Below are positions 36,301 through 47,100 of a stretch of DNA of 64,000 bases, one piece after another. The notes under the pieces were generated by a model, which worked only from the letters and a program-made list of their open reading frames with translations, was not told the origin of the DNA and made no database searches. Location of the stretch: the NCBI RefSeq assembly GCF_963676685.1, contig NC_092345.1, positions 105,276,001 through 105,340,000 of the forward strand, read 5' to 3'. Positions within the stretch are counted from its first letter, which is position 1, and every line of letters starts with the position of its first letter. This DNA comes from Mytilus edulis (Eukaryota). A program made the translations under genes and the position numbers.

Positions 36301-38932
36301 TACTCTAAAGTGCGATGGTCACGCTAAAGTGCGATGGTACTCTAAAGTGCGATGGTCACGCTAAAGTACGATGGTCTACGCTAAAGTGCGATGGTGTCAG
36401 ACGCTAAAGTGCGATGGTTGTTTGTTTTTTAAGTGCGATCAGAAATCAAGCTAAAGTGCGATGCTATGACACGCTTAAGTCCGATGGTGTAACGGGAATG
36501 TGGTTCAGGCAATGGTTTTCGTTTGTTGCTGAGTTCCTATTACATTTTCGTTTATTGTTTTGATTATGTGTCAACCGTAGTCTTAATCTTTTGAATTGTT
36601 TTACACTGGTCATTGTATAACCCTATATAGCTTGTAGCGGCATGGACCAATGCTAAAACGTTGACGGCCGTATGATTATTAGCCGCATACATGTTTATTT
36701 AAAGTACGATAGTTGTTCAAAAGGTGTAATGGTTACACTGAAGTATTGTTAGTACATCTGGAATGTAGTGGAAGTCGTTTTTTAATATAATAATATGTTA
36801 TAAGACAATGCCCCGTATTAAAGGTCATAATTAAAGTTGCATATTTCAATGACATTAGGTCGAAGATAGATAGTTGTCGTATTGGCAGTCATATAGTATG
36901 ATGATACTACACATCTGTTTGTTAGGTTGCTGTCTAATTGACATATGCTAGTATTTATTATTTAACAGAAATAACAAACCGTATAGTATTTTTTTTTGTA
37001 TTGAATAATTCAATTAATAAGTAAATGTTTTGATTAAAGTTATTTCTACAATTTCACAAATTAAGTTAACCTATTCCAGCAACGACCAAAAATTCCAGAT
37101 TGGGATCATTTGTTTTTCTTTTCTCTTCTTTCTTTTCTCGTGTAATAAAAATCCTTAATCTGGACAAACATTCTCGTCATAATGCTGTCGAACGTTTATA
37201 ACGTCAATGTATTTGCAGAAAAACGCACTTTAGCGTATCAAACCATCGTACTTTAGCGTAGGCCATCGCACTTTAGCGTGACCATCGCATTTTAGCGTCC
37301 CCATCGCAATTTAGAGTCCTACCTATTACTTTATCACATGTTTGCAAATCATGTAGTAACTGGTTTGTCCATAATAAATACAAGCATGATAAAAACAGAA
37401 ACACTAGCATGATAAAAGACAGAAACACTAGCATGATAAATACAGAAACACTAGCATGATAAAAGACAGAAACACTAGCATGATAAAAGACAGAAACACT
37501 AGCATGATAAAAGACAGAAACACTAGCATGATAAAAACAGAAACACTAGCATGATAAAAGACAGAAACACTAGCATGATAAAAGACAGAAACACTAGCAT
37601 GATAAAAGACAGAAACACTAGCATGATAAAAGACAGAAACACTAGCATGATAAAAAAAAACAACACCAGAAACACTAACATAAATTAAAACAGAAACACT
37701 AGAATATAAATTAAAAAAAAAGAAACACTTGCACGATAAAAACAGAACACTAGCATGATTAAAAACAGAAACACTAGCATGGTAGAATCCTATGAACAAT
37801 CTTAAATTGAAAGTTTTGCAAAAAAGAGTTTCTGGTTATAATGAAGGGCATGGAATAAATAGCATTCCAATCCTCAATCTGCATATTTAAATCTCTTTCC
37901 CATTTTTTACAGGAAGATAAAGATAACACTTTATTATCCTCCAAAAATAATGTATAGAAAAATTTACAAGATTTTGGTTCCTTTTTAACTTTATCTATAT
38001 ATTTTTTTTCAATAATTTCCAGTTTTGAACTTACTTCTTTTATACTTTCCCATCTCTTTGGAATCGCACTTAAAATACTATAAAATTCTACAAAATTAGT
38101 ATTGATATCATACTTTTTTTAAATTCATCATATGAGAATAATGTATTATTATCTGACATCAGATCATTAATGAAGAATATACTATTTTCAACATATTTGA
38201 ACCTCAAAATCATCTTGCCATCCATTTTGATGTTCGGATTCAGCCATATGGACTGGGTCAAAATTTCAGTATTGTTTTCAGCTTGAAGCTTATTTTTTAA
38301 CTTGGAAAAAAATACCAGGATATCATGCCAAAATGGATTAACTTTTTCTGCTAAATAAAGTAAACCTGCTTGACTTAAGTGTAAAATCTTGTCCCCCCCC
38401 AAATTTTTGTATATAACTAAGTAGCAAGACTTTCCAAGGAGAGTAATTTTGGGGATCTAATAATTTATACAGCCAAGACATTTTACACTATAGCAAAAAT
38501 AATAAATATTAGGCATCTTAAGACCACCATCACAGTGTTCGGACATTATCACTGCCCTTTTCACTTTATCAGGTTTTCCTTTCCATAAGAAGTTAAAAAA
38601 TATATTCTGAATCTCCTTCAAAACCCCTTCTGGGGGGTTAGGAAGGACAGTCAGAACTTGAACCAACATGGGAAGTGCTAAAGTCTTAATAACTACAACC
38701 CTCCCAATATATGTTAGTTCTCTATAAGCCCAAGTAATGTATGCAGTTAAACATACAAAACTTGACACGAGTAAACATAGGTCTTTCTGGATATGATTCG
38801 CAAGATCTTATAGAAAATTGAATGTCTAATTTTCTTTCAGGTTCTGGACTTGACAAGGTTAATGCATACAAGGAGGTCACAAGTGATTCTGTTTGTACAC
38901 AATATTCCAGCAAAGACTGCGATAAATATTAA
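33317..38932 (+). CDS. Uncharacterised secreted 8-Cys family protein (DUF1499-like motif), paralog A, 161 aa, 5 exons
   Basis: Exons 33317-33405, 34648-34759, 35676-35789, 36151-36229, 38841-38932 (89/112/114/79/92 nt), all GT-AG. Protein MNSYISVALVAIFAGCSIA|YPTHASCKIQWTFGISCDMVK...GEKCLYTFVSE...HYMDDLTF...GYSTSETWYAYLDYSTNYCNLNNLITGSGL...CTQYSSKDCDKY*. Confidence 0.92.
36280..37321. mobile_element. MITE with TIRs and subterminal ctaaagtgcgatgg repeats
   Basis: taggactctaaagtgcgatgg ... ccatcgcaatttagagtccta; about 9 motif copies on the left and about 5 inverted copies on the right; possible TA TSD. Lies in intron 4 of paralog A. Confidence 0.85.
37383..37781. repeat. 24-bp minisatellite (acactagcatgataaaagacagaa), about 16 units
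   Basis: Directly visible; units at 37401 and 37425. Confidence 0.95.
37797..38733 (-). mobile_element. L1/Tx1-like LINE ORF2 fragment (post-RT region), frameshifted
   Basis: WAYRELTYIGRVVVIKTLALP...PNPP...IQNIFFNFLWKGKPDKVKR...GGLKMPNI and NPFWHDIL...IWLNPNIK. Confidence 0.85.
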
Positions 38933-39818
38933 AAATTATAAAATGTTTTTGATATTTACTTGATATTCTATTTTTTTCTTCATAGTCAGCCAACCAAGTT
39001 GGTTTCATCTTTAGAGAAACAAAAGATTTTGCAAAAACAATAAATGTAACAGCTCTTTTTGTAGTTACTATAATATAATATTTCAAAATTTGAAATTGGT
39101 ATTTCATTTCATATTGTTCTGCAATAATAAAAACTACAGAAGCACTTCGAGTCCTCAAGCCTCGTTGTGATCTTGTGGAGTTAACAAATAAAGACTGTAA
39201 AGTCTGTTGAACTTTAGATAACATGTAAGGAAACAAACAAAAAAGGAGTATATTATAATCTGTTTTCGCTGCTGTTACTTTAAAAAAAAAAAAAAAAAAA
39301 AAACGGTTATTATCAAACAAAGATCTATCATTAACGAAACATTTGGAGAGATGTTATCCATGGCTCAAATAACATTACGCAGAAACAAAAGATTTACACT
39401 GACTCGAGTCAATCAGTTGCTGATATAACACTGACCTTTGAAATAATGTTATAAAATATAATACGTTGTTTGTCATATCATGGACAATACGAAATTAAAT
39501 TGGGTAAAAGTTTAACATATGATTTAAAGGACAACATCATTACACCGAAATAGTAAGCAATTTTCATTCTTGATCCGTAATCTCAAAATCAGACAAAGAT
39601 ATCATCACTCGTCAGACATTATAGAAATTTAGTTTCTGAAAACATGGACAAACAGGTCATACATTTGGAAACACAATGATTGCCAAAGTTGTAGTCTAGG
39701 AATCGACGATGTTATTTTCACCTTTTGAATCTTCCTCCTCCATTATCTAGCCAAGTTCGGTTAAAACAATATTAAAGGTTCAAAGTAGTTATCAAAGGTA
39801 CCAGGATTATAATTAAGT

Positions 39819-39862
39819 ACGCCAGGCGCGCGTTTCGTCTACATAAGACTCATCAGTGACGC
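39819..39862 (-). ncRNA. Hammerhead copy with mutated cleavage triplet (GCC for GUC)
   Basis: acgccaggcgcgcgtttcgtctacataagactcatcagtgacgc; its duplicate at 41479-41522 is further mutated in the core. Confidence 0.6.
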
Positions 39863-40682
39863 TCATATCAAAATATTTATAACGCCAAACAAGTACAAAG
39901 TTGAAGAGCATAGATGATCCAAATTTCCCACAATTGTGACAAATATGAAGACGAACCGCGTTGTCTGGCGTATAAAAATATAATCCAGGTATCTCTAATA
40001 ACTCTTTATAATATACTATGCATAAACAATAATATCTACAACAAATTAGGTCTTGTTCCTCGGAACTTTGTTTCTTATCTCGCAAGGTCGTCGGATAATA
40101 ATTAAGTAGGATTTGTCTTATAAACCTAACCACACTCATTTAGTTCATCGAGAGATTACAAATAAAGTAGGTATAAAACGAGCACAATGATATGTACCAC
40201 AAATTAGGTCTCCTGTTTCGGACCTTGTTTTTCTTATTTTGCAAGGTCGTCGGATTACAAGTATATTGTTTATAAAACGTACCAAATATTCCTTTATTTT
40301 AATATCAAGGAATATTTATAACTTGTATTATACTCGAACATTGATATAAAAAGGTTCAGATTTAAAAGTATATCTAATTATTGGGTCTTATATTTAGATT
40401 ATACAGTACTTTTTAATGATTTCGAATTCAAATGCAAAATTTAAATTCTAAGAATGATTCTAACAGACCTAGCTTGAACATATTCCGACTTGTTCTTGAG
40501 ATTCAAATTGCTCTTTAATTAAAATAATTTGATTTAAAGAATATTACCATATTTAAGACGGAAAATATTGTATAAGTTTGTTAATTCAGAAGACCATTTA
40601 ATATTATATTCTTCGTTGAATATCTCGGACAGAAACTTCCCAATTAAATTATGAAAACAGTTTATATTTTGTAATTTTTTTG

Positions 40683-40715
40683 GACATTTGGAATCACTTG
40701 TGATATGGTAAAGGA
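40683..40715 (+). pseudogene. Truncated orphan copy of exon 2 of the 8-Cys family (paralog B type) with a destroyed acceptor
   Basis: gacatttggaatcacttgtgatatggtaaagga matches 48534-48566. It is preceded by tttttg instead of tttag and breaks off after about 33 nt. Confidence 0.85.
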
Positions 40716-40994
40716 TTATTATTAAAAACAGAAACACTAGCATGATAAAAACAGAATTACTAGCATGCATGATAAAAACAGAAACACTAGCATGATCAAA
40801 CAAAGATCTATCATCAACGAAACATTTGGAGAGATTTTATCCATGACTCAAATGACATTACGCAGAAACAGAAGATTTACACTGACTCGAGTCAATCAGT
40901 TGCTGATATGACACTGACCTTTGAAATAATGTTATAAAATATAATACGTTGTTTGTCATATCACGGACAATACGAAATTAAATTGGGTAAAAGT

Positions 40995-41170
40995 AGATTA
41001 CCGTAGCCGTATTTGGCACAACTTTTTGGAATTTTGGGTCCTCAATGCTCTTCAACTTTGTATTTGTTTGGCTTTTTAACTGTTTTGATCTGAGCGTCAC
41101 TGATGAGTCTTATGTAGACGAAACGCGCGTCTGGCGTATTAAATTATAATCCTGGTACCTTTGATAACTA
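40995..41170 (+). mobile_element. Young 5'-truncated hammerhead-bearing insertion
   Basis: Absent from the duplicated copy, where the site reads gggtaaaagtttaacatat (about 39502-39520). Confidence 0.85.
41094..41137 (+). ncRNA. Minimal type I hammerhead ribozyme (Penelope/retrozyme type), intact core
   Basis: GCGUCA-CUGAUGA-GUCU(uaugu)AGAC-GAA-ACGC/GCGU-C-UGGCGU. Both core boxes are present, stem II is 4 bp, stem III is loopless and palindromic (ACGCGCGU), the triplet is GUC (cut after 41131), and stem I is 6 bp with two G-U pairs. Confidence 0.85.
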
Positions 41171-44164
41171 TTAACATATGATTTTAAAGACAACATCATT
41201 ACACCGAAACTGCAACCAATTTTCATTCTTGAACCGTAATCTCAAAATCAGACATAAGATATCATCACTCGTCAGACATTATAGAAAGTTAGTTTCTGAA
41301 AACATGGACAAACAGGTCGTACATTTGGAAACACAATGATTGCCAAAGTTGTAGTCTAGGAATCGACGATGTTATTTTCACCTTTTGAATCTTCCTCCTC
41401 CATTATCTTGCCAAGTTCGGTTAAAACAATATTACAGGTTCAAAGTAGTTATCAAAGGTACCAGGATTATAATTAAGTACGCCAGACGCGCGATCGTCTA
41501 CATAAGACTTATCAGTGACGCTCATATCAAAATATTTATAACGCCAAACAAGTACAAAGTTGAAGAGCATAGATGATCCAAAGTTCCCAAAATTGTGCCA
41601 AATATGAAGATATGAAGCGTGTCTGGCGTAAAAAATTATACTCAAGGTATCTCTGATAACTCTTTATAAAGTTCTAGGCAAAAGCGAATGATATGGTCCG
41701 TAAGTAGAATAACAAAAATACCGAGCGCCAAGGAAAACTGCAAAGGAAAAGTCGCTTATCAAATTGTAAAATCAAATGCTCAAACAGATCAAAAGAATAA
41801 AATAAAACTTTCATATAAACCTGGTTTTACAGCTAGCTGAACCTCTCACTTGTATGACAGTCGCAATAATTTCAACATATTGACAACAATGTATAAACTA
41901 ATTGATATAATAGGTAAGAATGTCAAAAATTTGGATACAGCAGTCAGAATTATGCTATTATCTTAATTTCTATAAAAGCAAACAACTCTATAAACCAGAA
42001 AAACAAAATGAAATACAAACAAAGCACTGTAAAACAATGGCGGAATGTAAAAATACCGAGCCATGTCAAAAGGATATTTTCAAAAACTGACTTAACAATA
42101 AAGTTCAAAAATATACAAAGACAATAAAAAGAACACTATAATATGTAATTAAGATGATAAATAACGTCAGTTTCTAGAATCTTCAAGACCATCATGTATC
42201 ATTTGTAAAGTTTAAATGGAATCGGTACCAGGACATCATTCGTATATATAGCTCAACGTGCATACATCTAATTATACGTTCATGTGTTTCACATCCTATT
42301 TGTTATGGTAATATTTCATAAATACCACAAACATGTCGGCATTCACCTCAAAAACTAAACCTTTAAACAGACTTTCCAGAAGTGATTTAGTTACGATACT
42401 ATTGTCAGGTCAATAAAAATATTGTATTGTATTGTATTGTATTAAAGATTGCATTTTTTTATTATCAAATATTGAATAAAGCATACTGTATCGGTCTTTG
42501 CATCGGAAATAAACACAATTATTCTTCTTCTCTTATATTTTATGATGATATGAAACCCCTTATGAGAGAATTGTGTGAAAAGCTGTCTATAAGGTTAATT
42601 GAGGTCTGGAGCTTGCATGTCAGTAACTACTAGTATAGTCCATTGTTTATTTATGTCATCATTGTTATTTTGCTTGGTTCCTTATGTTACTTATTCTAAC
42701 ATTGGACTTTGTTTTCTTTTAAACTGAGATTTACTGTGCGTATTGCTGCGTCATTGTTTATTCTACATTTCTAGAGGTGAAGGGGAGGGTTAAGGTATCA
42801 CAAAACATGTCGACTGTGCCGCACTTTTGTGCCTGTCCCAAGTAAGGGACCTCTGGCCATTGTTAGCTTTGTATGTTTTTTTCCGGTTTAGTAATAGAAT
42901 TGAGAAAGGAAATGGGGAATGTGTCAAAGCGACAACAACCCGACCATAGAGCAGACAACAGCCGAAGGCCACCAATAAGTCTTCAATGTAGCGAGAAACT
43001 CCTGCACCCGGAGGCGTCCTTCAGCTGGCCACTTAAAAATATGTATACTAGTTCAGTGATAATGGACGTCATATTGAACTCCGAATTATACACAAAAAAA
43101 CTAAAATTAAAAATCACAAGACTAATAAAGGCCAGAGGCTCCTGACTTGGGACAGGCGCAAAATTGCGGCGGGTTTAAACATGTTTATGAAATCTCAACC
43201 CTCCCCCTATACCTCATATGTTTCGGAGTTTTTTGTCCCATCCATCTTTTAAGAACTAGTACATATTTTTGTTTACAGGCCAGCTGAAGTTTTCTCCGGG
43301 TGAGGAGTTGCTTTCCTATCCTTGATTGATTTTGCTGTGTATTTGATGTACTTTGGAATGTATGTGCTTGAAAGCAATTTGAAAACATGTGCCTTTTTCA
43401 CAAATCGTTAGTTTTCAGTTTTAGTGATATTAGTTTTAGAGTGTTGAAGAGTAATTGTTTTCATCCAAAGTATTATTTGCAGATAATTCTTTTCAAACAT
43501 AATCTTAAATTTTGCCACTTTAGTTGAACAGTAAGATAAAAATATTAATATATTTCAGAAAAATACCAAAAAAGTTTGCTTAATCATAAGCGACAGTGTT
43601 CTGTTCACAACCAGTAGTGCAACAAATATTTGAATTTGAAAAAAAAGGGATTTCTAAATCTTTGCGTGTGTTGAGTACAAATGCAACACTAAATTTAAAA
43701 GTAAAAATTAATTGTTCACAATACTTCTACAATGTCCCACAGTCGTTTCTGCGCACTGACTAATTTTTTTTTATCTAACTTAATTAGTTTAAAGTATTCT
43801 ATTGTTCGAAATGACAAGTGGATCTGACTAAATTAACAGAAGCTGACGTCGAAATGTATTTTGAACTTTCCTGTGCTGTTACGCTGCTTTCATATCGACA
43901 TCAGTTCTACTTTTATCCTTGGATGATCATTATTCTAAGCTAATCAGCTGTGGTATCAAATCTTTCATTAGATCAAAAGATCAAGCAGCATACCAAGATT
44001 GTCCGACATTGATTAACATGTGAAATATCTCATGGCCTCATGTTAAGTCACGTTGTTTCTTATCATGTAGGGTCACTGATTTGTGTGACCAACTCCACAT
44101 ATATTTACTTGTCAGAGAAAAGATACTTTCTTTCTAAAGGATCCCTCTAAGAAGAATAAGCAGA

Positions 44165-47100
44165 ATGAATAGTTATATTTCAGTAGCTCTTGTTGTTATC
44201 TTTGCTGGATGTTCAATTGCCTATCCAATCCATGCATCCTGTAAAATCCAATGGTAAGATTATGTAATTTTTTAAACATATATTTTACTTTATATCTTTT
44301 TTAAGAGTGCATCTTTTTCCGATACACAGACATTTTGTTATTTGCCTTTTTGTGTTTTGTTGCTTTTCATAGTGATTAAGATTATAACACAACGTTGACT
44401 GCTGAACCCCACTTTTGACATATTTACCTAACATGTCTGTTTGTTTTGTTCAATCGTCGTTGTCAATATAATGGAATTTTATGCGACTGACATACAGGTG
44501 AGAGGTTAAACTAGCTATAAAACCAGGTTTAATCCACTATTTTCTACATAAAAAATACATGTAACAAGTCAGCAATATGACAGTTGTTATACATTCGTTT
44601 GATGTGTTTAAAAAAGCGATAAGGTCTATATTATTGGGACATTTAAGTCATATTCAGGTTTGCAACGTTTTTATGAAGTTTAACTGAACTTATTTCCAAA
44701 AATGCTCTAACACCACCAAATCATAGAAGAATTGTTTATGATTTCTGATCGATGGAACTATTATCCACAGTTAAAACTCGCGTTTAGTTAACCAACATAT
44801 TACAGTATACATAAAACGAGCACAATAATATCTAAATTTAGAACAAATTAGGTCTTGTTCCTCGGAACTTTGTTTCTTATCTCGCAAGGTCGTCGGATAA
44901 TTAAGTAGAATTTGTCTTATAAACGTAACCACATTCATTTAGTACATCGAGAGATTACAAATAAAGTAGCCATTTCCATTCTCAATTTTATTTTAGGTAT
45001 AAAACGAGCACAATGATATGTACCACAAATTAGGTCTCCTGTTTCGGAACATTTTTTTTCTTATTTTGCAAGGTCGTCGTATTACAAGTATATTGTTTTT
45101 AAAACGTATCAAATATTCCTTTATTTTAATATCAAGGAATACTTCACTACAAACCATTAAAGTCTGAAATGGCCTATATCTGTACTCGACTGTACTGATT
45201 TTTACTCGACCAGTCTGAATTGGTCTGACTTTTACTTGACATTACTCGACCCAAGTCTGAAGCATACTTGACTGTACTGAATCGTACTTGACCCTTATCT
45301 TTGCTGTTGAAAATAGTCTGAACTATTACTCGACCAGTCTGAAACAGTCTTAACACAGTCTTAACCCATTCTTGACATGTAATCTACCTATTTTTTCAGT
45401 CTAAACCATACTTAACCAAAGGTCTGAACAATATTCGACCAGTCTGAACCATACTAGACCAAAAACCCTCTACTTTTTTAACTGTTTAAATAAGTCTTTT
45501 TTTAACTGACATATATAACAACAGCCAACAAAATTTATAAAAGATTTTAACCTTATATAAGAAATATATCTCTGATTATATTTAGGTTAAAAAAAAAATA
45601 TTATATGAAACTTATATAAAAAAAGGGATAAAATTGAATAAATAAATAAAATTATATTTCTGATTAGTGGTGAAATATAAAGTATAACCTCTGCTTGGGG
45701 CAAACTCATCAATAAGATCACACCTGATCAGAGGTATGAAGTCTAAATAACATTGATTCAAAATTGCAACATCCTGTTTAAATTAAATAACAAGGCCTTT
45801 CGAATATACATGTATGTACTAGATAAGTAATACACGAATTAAAGAAAATAGGGCTTTCTTTTTACCTGTAAAACACACATGTACTGAGTAATTTAGAACA
45901 TATTAAAGTGCTTTATGTATGCCATGTTAATTTGACAAAAAATACTTAAATTAGTTTTAAAATTTTTTTATTGTTACTTTGGAATACATTTCCTTTCTTA
46001 AAAAGTTATCAAAGATTGCTAGGGAAATTCTATTATAATGATTATATTAGATTTTTGGTTTAATAAAACAAAACTATTTTATATATATCTTAATAAAAAA
46101 AAACATTCACTGCATTAAGTCAACTGACAACATAAATCTATACTAGGCTTAAGTTAATGGTGAAAATAGTCCAATTACCATAAAATACTTCCGAAATATT
46201 CATAAAATATGAATAATATTGAAGATATTAGTCACAATTCATTTTTTTTTAAATTATTTGATCAGCTTGTTTCATTTATATTTTAAAAGTTGATATATAT
46301 TATTCTCTTATGGTTGGGGCCTGTTAGAATAGATATTTTTCGTATCACACCGTACGGAGTGTGATATGAAAAAGTGATATCAAAATTACGTTAATTTGAT
46401 TGGCTTATCTCGTAAATTTCCAATATTTTCATTGGCCGTTGATCAGGTCATTATTCACTGGAAAAGGTCATGACGGGACTACTTTTTTTCTTGACAACTG
46501 ATTGTTTACCTCCGGTTTTCGCGATTTTCGTCTGCTTTATCGTCTGTATTATCTAATATAAATCTTATCATGGACGAAGAAATAAAGAAAGGAACCCGTG
46601 TACGGATATGTAACGGAGCAAAGGGCATTATAACTGGCACAACTTCCAATTTCAATTTCCCTCTGTATGCGACAGTAAAACTACCGATGGACGCCGCAAA
46701 GCTTCAAATATAATACAGTTATCTCTATTCTAATGCAAAACAAGTTCATAATTAAATTTCAATCACAATTTCAGTGTAAAATCTTCATTAAAGAAAATTA
46801 CGTGAAAAGATGTTATCTTCTTTGGTCCCTACACTACGTGACGTCATAGGTATGCTTCCGGTGTCATACATGTGCCGCATCAGAATATAATAAAATTTGA
46901 TAAAAAGAAGATTTTAAGGCGCAACAAGTGAGTTATTTGTTAATTATTGTAAAAACAACGTGTCAATACACTTGTTACAAATAAGATAACAGGCCCCAAC
47001 CATAAGAGAAAGATCAGTTCGCGTTGCAAAGAAAAACGGCCGTAGCAACACAACTCGCAACAAATAGGCCACGCACATACAACTTTTTGCCATAAGAGAA

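Larger units (their letters stand above)
39311..41669. repeat. Complex local duplication
   Basis: 39311-40011 is repeated at 40795-41669. The intervening 40026-40715 matches 44822-45144 + 47695-47875 + 48350-48566, and 40722-40797 is 24-bp minisatellite filler. Confidence 0.9.

Noticed and set aside
37428-37799. 123-aa ORF with FYHASVSV repeats
   Set aside because: It is a translation of the 24-bp minisatellite, antisense within an intron.
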